Shown here piece by piece: positions 1 to 12,601 of a stretch of 64,000 nucleotides of DNA. Location: NCBI RefSeq assembly GCF_006345805.1, contig NC_043026.1:9858001-9922000 (forward strand), in the 5' to 3' direction. The first letter of the stretch is position 1, and every line of letters begins with the position of its first letter. The translations under genes were made by a program, and so were the position numbers. The DNA is from Octopus sinensis (Eukaryota). The notes below the pieces were generated by a model. It was not told the origin of the DNA. It did no database searches and was given only the letters and a program-made list of their open reading frames with translations.

Positions 1-194
1 CAGAATGTCATAAAAGAATTAGACCCGGTGGAGAGCTACAAGTACCTAGGGGTAATTGAAGGGAACGGAATAAGGCATTCAGTGATGAAGGAAAGTATCA
101 GGAGAGAATGTTGTCGAAGAGTAAGAGCAATACTCAAGACAGAGCTGAATGCAAGAAACAGGATCGAAGCGATCAATGCTTTAGCCATACCAGT
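1..194 (+). mobile_element. R4/Dong-like non-LTR retrotransposon RT fragment
   Basis: ESYKYLGV...RRVRAILKTELNARNRIEAINALAIPV. Confidence 0.75.
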
Positions 195-346
195 TGAGGT
201 CGACTTTGCCTTTCATCCTTTCGGGGTCAATAAATTAAGTACCAGTTACGCACTGGAGTCGATGTAATCGACTTAATTCCCTTGTCTGTCCTTGTTTGTC
301 CCCTCTATGTTTAGCCCCTTGTGGGCAATAAAGAAACACATATATG

Positions 347-384
<38 letters not shown>

Positions 385-930
385 GACAATGGATATACGC
401 TATGCATTTTTATGTAGGTGGCGAGCTGGCAGAACCGTTAGAACGCCGGGTGAAATGCGTAGCCGTATTTCGTCTGCCGTTACGTTCTGAGTTCAAGTTC
501 CGCCGAGGTCGACTTTGCCTTTCATCCTTTCGGGGTCGATAAATTAAGTACCAGTTACGCACTGGGGTCGATGTAATCGACTTAATTCCCTTGTCTGTCC
601 TTGTTTGTCCCCTCTATGTTTAGCCCCTTGTGGGTAATAAAGAAACACATATATATACATGTATATATATATATATATATACACAGACAATGGATATACG
701 CTATGCATTTTTATGTAGGCTGCGAGCTATGTAGGCGGCGAGCTGGCAGAACCGTTAGAACCATTGCGTTCTGAGTTCAAGTTCCGCCGAGGTCGACTTT
801 GCCTTTCATCCTTTCGGGGTCAATAAATTAAGTACCAGTTATGCACTGGGGTCGATGGAATCAACTTAATCACTTTGTCTGTCCTTGTTTGTCCTCTCTG
901 TGTTTAGCCCCTTGTGGGTAGTAAAGAAAT
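195..930 (+). mobile_element. Tandem copies of tRNA-derived SINE family B (ggcggcgagctggcagaa head)
   Basis: Three units with box B-like gagttcaagttcc and shared body; unique flank co-duplicated. Confidence 0.8.
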
Positions 931-1004
931 ATATATATATATACACAGACAATGGATATACGCTATGCATTTTTTTAATAAGATGTTTATGTATAATTAT
1001 TTAC

Positions 1005-1106
1005 CCTAATGACTTGACCTCGAATCGGAGTCATCTGTCGATCATTAATCAAATGGTAATTCCCCAGACCACAGCAGTTAACTACGATATCAAAGTCAGC
1101 CATCAC
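1005..1106 (-). CDS. DAO/DDO: DAO/DDO coding exon 6
   Basis: tttctttcag|GTG...AGG|gtaaat; encodes [34 protein letters not shown]. Confidence 0.92.
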
Positions 1107-1538
1107 CTGAAAGAAAAATATTGCTGACAAGAGAAGCTGCATACAAATATATCTCTTTCAATACAAACCAAAGATTAAAAAAAAAGGGTCAGGATCTTTT
1201 CGATTTTTAAACAAATTAGATATTTATACTCTCCCTTAAACGTTCTTAAATGTTGCGGTTTTTTTTTTTTAAACGTTTTTCTAAATAGCTTACTGTAAAT
1301 CCTCGAGTATAGTCCGCCCTTGAGTATAATACGCAAGGGATTTTAGGGGGCTCTACCTCTGAAAAACCTAAAGCTTGTGTATAATACGCACCCCTTCTCT
1401 AACTTGAGTCAAGGAGGTCGATATAACGTCCTTGGTTTGTATCTCTCTATCTATTTTTCTATCTATCTATCTATCTGTCTATCTATTTCTCTATCTATCT
1501 ATCTATTTCTCTATCTATCTATCTACCTTCTACCTCTC

Positions 1539-1588
<50 letters not shown>

Positions 1589-1927
1589 GTGTGTGTGTGT
1601 GTGTGCATACATGCATATATATGTATGTATACATTCGTATATGTAAGTATATCGTATGTTGTGTATATATATATATATATATATATTTGTATTTAAGTGC
1701 TATCTGAGTATATTCCACTGATGAAGGCAGAGCATTTCTTGTGCAAAGCCAGAGATCCTGGATCTGGAATTATCCAGTAGTTTTTTTCTAGTTTATTTTG
1801 TCTTTTTGTCTTCTCTCCTGATGCTGTATGAACATTTAGTGTGGTTTTAGAGTCAAGTTTTGACTGCTATTTCCAGCGTGGAGGTATCTCTTAGATACCC
1901 TAAATTATAATTATAATTATATGTATA

Positions 1928-1970
<43 letters not shown>

Positions 1971-2300
1971 ATATATATATAGGATAGAGAGTCGAGCTTA
2001 CGATCGTGAAGTTGTGAGTTCGAATCCTGGACCGGGCTGCGTGTTGTGTTCTTGAGCAAGACACTTTATTCCACGTTGCTCCAGTTCACTCAGCTGTAGA
2101 AATGAGTTGCGGCGTCACTGGTGCCAAGCTGTATCGGCCTCTTTGCCTTTCCCTTGGATAACACTGGTAGCATGGAGAGGGGAGGCCGGTATGCATGGGC
2201 GACTGCTGGTCTTCCATAAACAACTTTGCCCAGACTTGTGCCTGGGAGGGTAACTCTCTAGATGCAATCTCACGGTCAGTCATGACCGAAGGGGGTCTCA

Positions 2301-2334
<34 letters not shown>

Positions 2335-3058
2335 ACAATTCTATATACATGCTAGATGACATTCTATTAACATGCTGGTAATTTATTAATTGAACTGACA
2401 ACCAAGGAGGAGGAGGAGGTTAGTGATGTTACACTTTGGATATGTCAACACGGTTCTAATTCTATTGACTAACTTGTGAAGATGTAAGTGTTATTGACTA
2501 TTGTTCAGTTAAGGGACATTGTCGTCATTCCGTGCCACTAAGAGGAACTGTCGCAAGACTGAGATGGTGGGGAGGTCAGAGTCATGTGAATTGGAGCAGG
2601 TGCTTCCTGATGATGATGATGTCAAAGACGATCTATGTAGCAATGGCTAACAGTAGAAATGCTATATTCTGTGGGATAGTATAGCCATCAAACACGAAAT
2701 ATCATCATCCTCATATTATTTTTATTATTACTATTATTATTATTATTATTATAATAATTATTATTATTATTACTATTATTATTACTATCATTATTATTAT
2801 AATTATTATTATTACTATTATTATTATTATTATTACTATTATTATTATGATTACTTTTATTATTATTATTATGATTATTATTATTATAATTATTATTATT
2901 ATTATTACTATTATTATTACTATTATTACTATTATTATTATTATGATTATTTTTATTATTATTATTATGATTATTATTATTATTATTATTACTATTATTA
3001 TTACTATTATTACTATTATTATTATCATTATTATTATTATTATTATGATTATTATTAC

Positions 3059-3099
<41 letters not shown>

Positions 3100-3484
3100 C
3101 TTACCTCTGACAAAGATTCTAGTTTCTTGCTTTTGACTTTTCCCCCGAGAGAAATGAATCTAGTGGACAGAATGAGAAAGAAAACAATATGTGTGCTCAC
3201 ATACACATGCATTTATGAATATATACCCATACACATAAAGCACACATGTACATGTATGTATATACACAAATATATATATATATACAAGCTATATATATAT
3301 ATATAAATATATATATATAGGCACAGGAGTGGCTGTGTGGTAAGTAGCTTGCTTACCAATCACATGGTTCCGGGTTCAGTCCCACTGCGTGGCACCTTGA
3401 GCAAGTGCCTTCTGCTATAGCCTCGGGCCGACCAATACCTTGTGAGTGGATTTGGTAGACGGAAACTGAAAGAAGCCTGTTGTG

Positions 3485-3541
<57 letters not shown>

Positions 3542-5188
3542 TTAGAGACAAAACCACTATTTTGCAAAACAAACAAGGAAAGACTTAATCAATACATAAA
3601 ATTTTAATAAAAATTAATATTAATTAATATTATATAATATTTTACTATAAAATTGGATTTAATCCTAAATCTGATTTTTTCCCTATAAATTTGGATTTAT
3701 TCCCTAATATTTATTATATATATATATATGTATATGTATGTATGTGTGTGTTTGTGTGTCTGTGTTTGTCCTCCCAGCATCGCTTGACAACCGATGCTGG
3801 TGTGTTTACATCCCCGTCACTTAGCGGTTCGGCAAAAAGAGACCGATAGAATAAGTACGCGGCTTACAAAGAATAAGTCCCGGGGTTGATTTGCTCGACT
3901 AAAGGCGGTGCTCCAGCATGGCCGCAGTCAAATGACTGAAACAAGTAAAAGAGAAAAAAAAGAAAAATACATATATATATTGTCAGGGTATCATATAAAG
4001 CACACTCTGATGCATATATATATATATATATATATACTAGCAGTTAAGCCCGGTTTCACCCGGTCTATTTGGATGATGTGGTTGTGATCATTTTCGGTTA
4101 GGCATAATCTATAACAGCGTTTCTCAGCCTTATAATTTTGGGTCCCCTGTTTTGATTGGAGCCTCCAGCTGTATGAAAATTTCCTGACCTCCACTGCCCC
4201 TTGTCAGAAAACAGCTTCAGGAGTTGTGAAGAACAAATTTGTACGTAGTCTGTTTCTGAGAGCTATTCTATTGGACCTCTGTCTAATCATTAAAACATTG
4301 ATTTAATTATGACCACAGAAAGAAATTATACATTAATCCCTATTTTGTTAGCAGCTGTGTCCGTAAAAATTTTTAATGGCATAATGAACAGGGGAATTCC
4401 ATTAGAAAAGTTTTGATCGATTTTCTCGATAACTATGGGAGCTAGAAAATAAATACAAACCGCATTGCAATCTATGTACCCATCTCCACCTGAGCGCCCT
4501 TTTTCACGTGAACCCACCCAGTCGTTTGGCTGTGAACCTCAAGACAAGAAAGAATACAATGATCACACATGTCCAATTTATATTATAGATATGTATATAT
4601 ATGATAATAATAGACCTGTGTGTGTGTATTCACTTTTCACATGAAACGGCTGTAAGAATTGGTTCGATACTTGGGATGCATGAGTAATTTAACCTTGGAT
4701 ACCTAACAGGGTTTTTATTCTATTTTTCTATTAAACATTTGTTTTGCAAGATTTTTGATGTGAAATCGTGTGTTGAAACTGATATTGTTATATTTCGGAA
4801 TGGTCATTTTGCCAGTTTAGCCAATAAAAACACACGCACTATATATTTGGTGTTATTTTGCTTCATTGTTATTTATTTTTTATATCAATCTTAATCTTAT
4901 TTCGGCCAGAAAACTTTCGTCACACTCCTGTGACCGCATCAGTGGTCCTCTGCTTTCTTCTTTCTTATTTGTGTGTCTCTCCTTACTAACCGTCAGCCAT
5001 TTTGTATTTCGTATTTCTATTGTATGTGTCTTCATTTGCGCATGCGTATATCTCTGTGTGCCTCTATGTTGAGTTAGTGTGTGTGAGGGTGGGGGAAAAT
5101 GCCTGTAATATTTGTATCTTCTGTTTATATATGTTCGTGTAATTTGTTTTTGTTTATTCTTATTTTGTTCATGTGTTTACACCCACTA

Positions 5189-5244
<56 letters not shown>

Positions 5245-5317
5245 GTATGTATAACAATAATAATAGTAATAATAATAAAAATAAAAATAAATGTATATAG
5301 TTATTTACTTCCATTTG

Positions 5318-5367
<50 letters not shown>

Positions 5368-8300
5368 TATTATTGTTATACATGCATACATAATAATAAT
5401 AATATAATAATAATAATAATAAAGATAATGATAATAATAATGATAATAAGTGGGTGTAAACACATGAACAAAATAAGAATAAACAAAAACAAATCACACA
5501 AAATATGGAAATAGAGAAGATTTACTCACCTTCCCATTAACCATTTCAGGTAGAGAGTACCACAAACTATAATACTCGTGAAAAATCTATTATTCCTGGA
5601 AAACAAAACAAACAAAAGTTATATTAAATTCGACAAACTTTAGAAATGTTTTGCAGAGTCGTTGTTTCTCACTTTAATAACCAAGCCATATTCCAGTTTT
5701 CAATGATTCTGGTATTTCTTCATTCAGCGAATGTATTATTTGACATCTGGAAGGCAAACTGGCAGAGTTGGTGGTATCTTGGGTAGAATACCTTGTGGTA
5801 TTTAGCCTTGTCCCTTTAAGGTAGTGGTTCCCAAACATCTAGATAATATCCCAGGAGAACCATGTCTCAGAGAAATCCAAAAGGTTGTGCTGACAAGTAC
5901 TGCCCACATCCTTAGAAAAAGGATCTGACTCCCTTGGCACTCAGGACACATTCCTAGTATCCACCCCCACCACACATATAGACCCCTTTCTGAAGCAAAT
6001 TCAAAGCAGCTGCATTTCACAAATCAAACTTAACCTAATTAACTTATTATTTTGTTGTTTTTACACCAATCGCCCCCTTTTGGCTACTCCCATATACATT
6101 TGACTAACAATTCTTCAAGGAGGTGCCCCAGCATGGCCACAGTCTAATGACTGAAACAAATAAAAGGTGAATAAAAATCAAAGAAATAACCAAAAATTAT
6201 ATCCGTGGGGCTTTGATGGCATGCACTGCTCTCTCACTCAATAATAATAATAATAATCAGTCAACACTGACAGAGCAATCCAGACTAATTGACCAGACAT
6301 AATTATTAAAGACAGGGAAGAAAATACCTGTAAACTAATAGATGTAAGTGTTCTCACTGATAAAAGTATTTTTGTCAAGGAATTTGACAAACTAGGTAAA
6401 TATAAGGACCTGAAAATTGAAATACAGAAGATATGGTGTCTTAAAACGAGAACCGTTCCTGTTGTTGAAAGGGCCCTAGGTATGATAGAAAAAAAATGGA
6501 TGTCAGAAACATCTAGATAACATCCCAGGAGAACCATGTCTCAGAGAAATCCAAAAGATTGTGCTGACAAGTACTGCCCACATCCTTAGAAAAACTCTAT
6601 CCATTTAAATGTCTGTGTTGTATTACATGAAGATATTTCACTACCTCCCTTCCCCAAGCTTTCAGTCATATTGTAACATCTCTTATCCTTCACTCGTCCC
6701 TGGACGCTGGGTGTGTCTCAGCAAGTGACTGTAACAAACATGTAGATTAATAGTAAAAGTAATTTTAATGATAATAACTGGCGTAATTTTGACTTACGTG
6801 TAATTTGGAAATAATTTATTCTCTTCTGGAGTCAGATCCCGTAAATTGAAGACCGTGTCTTTCCAGAAAGGATTGACCTAGTAAGAATAATAACAAGAAC
6901 AAAAATATTAAAAGCGAATTGTAGTAAAAGAAATATTGAACTAGTAACAACGACAAAAGTCACCTGGATCACCTGTATCAACAAGGCGGTTTGGTGCCGA
7001 GTTGGTTCTGCTGACCTCAGCATTTGCTCCATTCCCTCATGCTCTCCTCTATGTGGGTCCAATCATCTTTCGTAGACCAAGCTGGATGAACTGGATTTCA
7101 GGGGCTTAGCGGTTGTCCTGAAGAGCAACCGTATGAAAACCAAGTCCATACAGTCTGAGGGCACACTGATCAGTCGCCTAAAAGTCGGGAGCAATTAAAC
7201 AACAAAAGTATTAAAAGTAATTATTAACAAGAAAGAATCTAAAAAAGTATCTGTTTGATTTGAAAATCTGCTGCTCAGCTCTGGCTCTCGTAAACTGAGA
7301 GACTCTCTCTCAAGCCAGCGCCGCCCCGACTGGCTTCTGTGCCGGTGGCACATAAATAGCACCATCCGAACGTGGCCGATGCCAGCGCCGCCCCGACTGG
7401 CTCCTGTGCCGGTGGCACATAAAAAGACCATCTGAACGTTGCCAGCGCCGCCTTGGCTGGCTTCCGTGCCGCTGGCACGTTAAAAGCTCCAACCGATCGT
7501 GACCAATGCCGGACCCCCCCTGGCAGCTGTGCAGGTGGCACGTAAAAAGCACCCACTACACTCGCGGAGTGGTTGGCGTTAGGAAGGGCATCCAGCCGTA
7601 GAAACTCTGCCAGATCAGACTGGAGCCTGGAGCAGCCCCTGGCTTCCCAGACCCCGGTCGAACCGTCCAACCCATGCTAGCACGGAAAACGGACGTTAAA
7701 CGATGATGATGATGATGATGATGATGATGAAGAGGGTAGAAAGAGAGTGAGAGAGAGAAGTAACTGGTCTACTATAATTAGCATTTTCTGCTTCAGTATT
7801 TAACCCTTTCATTATCGTATTTATTTTGAGATGCTCTGTGTTTCTTTCAATTATTTTAGATGTAACAAAGAATTTAGTAAAATAACTTGGTTATCATTAA
7901 GCTAGTGTTAAGAACATAAATTGTGACTAAGGTTTGGTGGATGATTTTAATTCAAAATTAATGAAAACAAGACATTTGTACTACAAAGCCAGAGCCGGTT
8001 TCAGCCGGGTTTGTCATGAAAGGGTTAAGCTTCCTTTTACTCGCCAGCTACCCTTGTCCTGCCGTTACTCACAGTGATGAATATATAAAATTTGTAACTC
8101 TATACTTATTTAGATCTTGGTCAACTGGAATCTTCGAAAGCTCAGTTCATTGGTCACAGATAAATGCTACACATCATCAGTGACCAAACGCAGGTTTTCG
8201 ACTGCTTCGTTGGTTACAACAGTAACTATAACTGATCTCAACGTGAAGCGGAGGTCTGCTCCATGCGCATGCATATCTCCACTCCTGAAATAGTTAAGGC

Positions 8301-10615
8301 AGCTAAGTCTAACTCTCTCCCTTTATGTATCCTTATATCGCTGTTGAGGTCTTTGTGCGCGTTACGAGCAGAAGGACAATTGGGTAATGACCTTGAAAGG
8401 GGAAGGGTGAAGTGTATTCAAAATAGACCTCTTTTAATAAAATTGTGAGTGACAACCATTTATCACGGCACATAAAAGCACCATCCGCTCGTGTCCGTTG
8501 CCAGCCTTGCCTGGCCCCCGTGCCGGTGGCACGTAAAAACACCATCTGTTCATGTCCATTGCCAGCCTCGCCTAGACCCCGTGCCATTGGCATGTAAAAG
8601 CACCATCCACTCGTATCCGTTGCCAGCCTCGCCTGGCCCCCATGACGGTAGCACGTAAAAGCACCATCCGTTCATGTCCGTTGCCAGCCTCGCCTGGCCC
8701 CCGTGCCGGTAGCACGTAAAAGCACCATCCGTTCGTGTCCGTTGCCAGCCTCGCCTGGCCCCCGTGCCGGTGGCACATAAAAACACCATCTGTTCGTGGC
8801 CGTTTGCCAGCTCTGTCTGGCACCTGTGCAGGTGGCACGTAAAAAGCACCCACTACACTCACGGAGTGGTTGGCGTTAGGAAGGGCATCCAGCCGTAGAA
8901 ACACTGCCAAATCTGACTGGGCCTGATGAAGCCTTCCGGCTTCACAGACCCCAGTTGAACCGTCCAACCCATGCTAGCATGGAAAACGGACGCTAAACGA
9001 TGATGATGATGATGATGATGCAAAACTACAAGTTTGTCTGAGAGGATGCAGTCAGCTGAATCGACCGGCATCACATAAATGGACAAAGTTAGGTATCGTC
9101 AGGTGTTTAGTTTTACTTGACATCACTGTCTTTGTCTTTGAAATATTTCCTCCTCTTCTATATTCTCTCACTACATCTGGTTTTTGTAGAACCACCCCTC
9201 CAGAAATATGGGTCAGAGAGAACAAGTATTTTTACCTGTCTGCTATTGAGATGATAACCGGAGACAAGTTGGATGCCAAGCTCGGAGGCCATTGGCGATT
9301 CGTGAAGGTTGAGCAGATACTGGAATGTTTCATCGCCCCACCGTCTGATAAAAGAAAGAAAATTTCAACTAGATTCGAAACATTATGATTATACACACAC
9401 ACACACACACTCATACATGTACAATACATACACACACACAAGATTAAAGGAATGGAGTAGATAATATCCGGACTATATATCTTTCATAGTGAGCAGAACA
9501 TCGGAAGTGGTAGATATCCAAGCAAGGTGTATATAATGCAGGCTACACTTTAGGCCAAGGGTATTTTTTTATTAAGTTTACATTGTCGTAAGGAGGTACA
9601 CATCAACACAAGGACAATTTGATCAGAATGGGTAGAGAACACGGTTAGAGCGGAGAATCCTTAGTTCTTATATATAATTATTTTTGAGTAGTTTTGGCAG
9701 GCTGGAACGGATTAATTATACAGTTCTATATTTAAGAGATGAGGAATTACACTTTTACTCTTTTACTTGTTTCAGTCATTTGACTGTGGCCATGCTGGAG
9801 CACTGCCTTTAATCGAGCAAATCGATCCCTGGACTTATTCTTTTTAAGCCTAGTATTTGTTCTATCGGTCTCTTTTGCCGAACCACTAAGTTACGAGGAT
9901 GTAAACACACCAGCATCGGTTGTCAAGCGATGTTGGGGTGACAAACACAGACACACACACACATATATATACATATATACGACATAAATATATATATATG
10001 TATTTTTCTTTTTTTTCTCTTTTACTTGTTTCAGTCATTTGACTGTGGCCATGCTGGAGCACTGCCTTTAATCGAGCAAATCGACCCCAGGACTTATTCT
10101 TTTTAAACCTAGTATTTGTTCTATCGGTCTCTTTTGCCGAACCGCTAAGTTACGAGGATGTAATCACACCAGCATCGGTTGTCAAGCGATGTTGGGGTGA
10201 CAAACACAGACACACACACACATATATATATATATACATATATACGACAGGCTTCTTTCAGTTTCCGTCTACCAAATCCATTTACCGACCTTGTGTTTCT
10301 GACTCCTTAGCCTTCCTCAGTAAGGGATACCAAAGAGAGACAACTCTGAGCAGAATAGAAAGCCGTAGATTTATAGGTAGACGGACAAGCAAAAAGAAAA
10401 AATAGACAAATCGTTTCAACTCACTTGATTAAGGATATATTTGTGGAGCCCATTTTATGGGGGATCCAGAAGCCAGCAGCCACGTCAGATGTGTTGTTCG
10501 GAGAAAACTTTTCGGCAATAACTGTAACATCAACATTTTGTAAGTCTTCAAGAATTCGAACGGCTGAGTAGAGACCAATAATTCCAGCTCCTAGCACGCA
10601 AATTTTTCGGACCAT
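1005..10615 (-). CDS. DAO/DDO: D-amino-acid oxidase / D-aspartate oxidase family flavoenzyme, multi-exon and 3'-partial. Coding exons 10615-10425, 9344-9236, 6877-6798, 5595-5530, 3159-3105, 1106-1005; remaining exons lie left of the window
   Basis: Manual splicing gives one open frame: [18 protein letters not shown]...[10 protein letters not shown]...K|[10 protein letters not shown]...GIQLVSGY...Q|[19 protein letters not shown]...|...[18 protein letters not shown]|[18 protein letters not shown]|[15 protein letters not shown]...[10 protein letters not shown]. It has the GxGxxG FAD motif and the DAO-family motifs (SDVAAG, VVNCxGLG, PxRGQV). All introns are GT-AG with matching phases. DAO versus DDO specificity cannot be decided from this fragment. 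Confidence 0.93.
1712..1770 (+). ncRNA. Hammerhead-like motif with GAGA in place of GAAA (probably inactive)
   Basis: attcca-CTGATGA-a-ggc...gcc-a-GAGA-tccTgga-TC-tggaat; 6-bp perfect stem I. Confidence 0.55.
2700..3096. repeat. Imperfect (ATT)n microsatellite next to the DAO/DDO exon 5 donor
   Basis: Directly visible; source of the spurious poly-N and poly-I ORFs. Confidence 0.95.
3105..3159 (-). CDS. DAO/DDO: DAO/DDO coding exon 5
   Basis: ccactag|A TTC...GAG|gtaagt; encodes [18 protein letters not shown]; 55 nt, phase fits both neighbours. Confidence 0.88.
3319..3960 (+). mobile_element. tRNA-derived SINE family A (ggagtggctgtgtggtaag head, internal TA tract, gactgaaacaagtaaaagag tail)
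   Basis: Box A/B-like head; many copies in the window. Confidence 0.8.
4037..4589 (-). mobile_element. Non-autonomous Helitron
   Basis: A|TCTATAAT...ccgggtgaaaccgg hairpin...CTAG|T. Confidence 0.65.
4904..4948 (-). ncRNA. Hammerhead-like motif, variant core CUGAUGC
   Basis: Minus strand: ggacca-CTGATGC-g-gtcaca-ggag-tgtgac-GAAA-gttt-TC-tggcc. Confidence 0.5.
5188..5450. repeat. Alternating (ATT)n/(AAT)n microsatellites
   Basis: Directly visible. Confidence 0.9.
5530..5595 (-). CDS. DAO/DDO: DAO/DDO coding exon 4
   Basis: ttttccag|G...GGA AG|gtgagt; encodes [21 protein letters not shown]. Confidence 0.9.
6256..6770 (+). mobile_element. R4/Dong-like restriction-like endonuclease 3' end, next to a (TAA)n tract
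   Basis: [28 protein letters not shown]...[16 protein letters not shown]...PVV; a shorter related piece lies at about 5835-5920. Confidence 0.78.
6798..6877 (-). CDS. DAO/DDO: DAO/DDO coding exon 3
   Basis: ttactag|GTC...TAC AC|gtaagt; encodes [26 protein letters not shown]. Confidence 0.9.
7315..7729 (+). mobile_element. RTE 3' UTR fragment with about 60-bp internal repeats and (GAT)n tail
   Basis: Same terminal sequence (cccatgctagca...ggacgttaaacgatgat) as the RTE copy at 43700-43998. Confidence 0.8.
7804..8024. mobile_element. piggyBac-like MITE
   Basis: TTAA|CCCTTTCAT...ATGAAAGGG|TTAA. Confidence 0.82.
8245..8330 (-). promoter_or_regulatory. Inverted, diverged copy of the ZNF promoter cassette inside a DAO/DDO intron
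   Basis: Reverse complement ataaagggagagagttagacttagctgccttaactatttcaggagtggagatatgcatgcgcat aligns by eye with 14061-14124. Confidence 0.5.
8465..9019 (+). mobile_element. RTE 3' UTR fragment with 60-bp tandem repeats
   Basis: Same tail and internal repeat as 7315-7729. Confidence 0.8.
9236..9344 (-). CDS. DAO/DDO: DAO/DDO coding exon 2
   Basis: ttttatcag|A CGG TGG...CAG|gtaaa; encodes [36 protein letters not shown]. Confidence 0.9.
9752..10280 (-). mobile_element. SINE family A with duplicated 3' half
   Basis: Two tails in tandem. Confidence 0.78.
10425..10615 (-). CDS. DAO/DDO: DAO/DDO first coding exon
   Basis: ATG at 10615; GAGIIG Rossmann motif; donor AA|GTGAGT at 10424; acceptor taacag 9 nt upstream of the ATG implies an upstream non-coding exon. 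Confidence 0.93.
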
Positions 10616-10949
10616 AATGAAAATCTGTTAAAAATCTCCGGCTAAAACATAATATAATTTGTCATTCAATACAAATACAAAAAAGAAAAAAACCTCCTCA
10701 CAAAAAAAAACAAAACAAAGCAAAAGTCTGGTTGATAAATTCAGTTACATTTCAAACGACTTCCACCAATTATTAAGTTGTATAATTCTACTTGCAATCT
10801 CCTCAGTTTTTCTCTCTCTAAAAGCTTCAATTCCAATTTGCAGGAACACACACTAGTGAATTCCGTGCTGGATTTAGGAGAAATGAGGCCCTATGCTGGT
10901 CATCAGACCCCGTTACTTGGACAGTCAGGCATGCATACTTTTTTTTTTT

Positions 10950-11710
10950 ACTTTTTTACTTGTTTCAGTCATTTGACTGCGGCCATGCTGGAGCACTGCC
11001 TTCTAGTCGATCAAATCGACCCCGGGACTTATCCTTTGTAAGCCCAGTACTTATTCTATCGGTCTCTTTTGCCGAACCGCTAAGTGACGGGGACGTAAAC
11101 ACACCAGCATCAGTTGTCAAGCAATGCGAGGGGGACAAACACAGACACACAAACACACACATACATATATATGTACATATATACGACAGGCTTCTTTCAG
11201 TTTCCGTCTACCAAATCCACTCACAAGGCATTGGTCGGCCGGGGCTATAGCAGAAGACACTTGCCCAAGATGCCACGCAGTGGGACTGAACCCGGAACCA
11301 TGTGGTTGGTTAGCAAGCTACTTACCACACAGCCACTCCTGCACCTATATACATATATACGACAGGCTTCTTTCAGTTTCCGTCTACCAAATCCACTCAC
11401 AAGGCATTGGTCGGCCCGGGGCTATAGCAGAAGACACTTGCCCAAGATGCCACGCAGTGGGACTGAACCCGGAACCATGTGGTTGGTTAGCAAGCTACTT
11501 ACCACACAGCCACTCCTGCACCTATACACATATATAAACATATATACAACGGGCGTCTTTCAGTTTCCGTCTACCAAATCCACTCACAAGGCTTTGGTCG
11601 GCCCGGGGCTATAGCAGAAGACACTTGCCCAAGATGCCACGCAGTGGGACTGAACCCGGAACCATGTGGTTGGTTAGCAAGCTACTTACCACACAGCCAC
11701 TCCTGCGCCT
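10950..11710 (-). mobile_element. SINE family A with triplicated 5' half
   Basis: Head unit repeated three times. Confidence 0.8.
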
Positions 11711-11849
11711 TCATGCCCAGGAAAGTTTTCAATCTAGAAAATTATCTCACTTCAGAACGGTTAGTGACCACCAAGCACAGGAACAATCTGAAATTGTTTC
11801 CACATTTGAGAAAGCAGCCTGAATTTTCTCCTGTTTTATTATATATATA

Positions 11850-12362
11850 CTAGCAGTATCGCCCGGCGTTGCTCGGGTTTGTAAGGGAAATAACTATATA
11901 AGCATTTTTAGAGAGTTACTTCCCTTATAGATGCCAATTCAGGCTTTCTTAGCCATTTCTGTTTTGGTGTCTTCAAGCCATGAAGTCGTTGTTCTAAAAG
12001 AACGCTGGTCTCCTTGACAACGCTTTACGACGTTGATTTCCTTAAACTCCCTTCCCCACAGCTTCACGAGGGAGGGAAGAAGGGGGAGAAGCAAACAGGT
12101 GCAGGTGTGACCATGGACGCCAACTCCGCCGCCATCAACACACGAAAAATTATGCATTAAAATGGAATAAAAAATGATGTTAAATTATTTTTTAAATCGT
12201 AGACTCATCGTAGACGCGCGCTAATAGCCAGACGGGCTCGAAATGAATCACGACTATAAGATACCCGAATTTGGTTAAACTGCACCGCAAAATGTGGGAG
12301 GAGTTAGGAATCTAAATCGAAGGGGACAGACACTCACACAACTACAGTTTTATATATATAGA
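11850..12362 (-). mobile_element. Non-autonomous Helitron
   Basis: Minus strand A|TC...hairpin cccgagcaacgccggg...CTAG|T, no TSD. Confidence 0.75.
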
Positions 12363-12601
12363 TATGCCTTGGGTGGCTGAAACTTTCTTGAATGCATGCA
12401 CGGGTAGGACGGTGGACAGCCAGGTAGAAAATCTACCTTAGGCTACTCTTTGTGTCTCTCTCTTTCTCTCTAACTCCCTCCAGACCCCCTCCTCCTCCCC
12501 GTCCTTCAGGAGTAGCCAAGTATCTCATTTATAGTAAGACAACTACAATTTCAAAGTAAGGTGATTAAAATAAAAATAAGCAACAAGGATATAGAGAGGT
12601 A

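Noticed and set aside
1291-1420. Tc1/mariner-type MITE end
   Set aside because: One TIR-like end with an internal repeat, but no matching second TIR was found.
2688-3212. Poly-Asn and poly-Ile ORFs
   Set aside because: Translations of an (ATT)n microsatellite; only 3105-3159 is a real exon.
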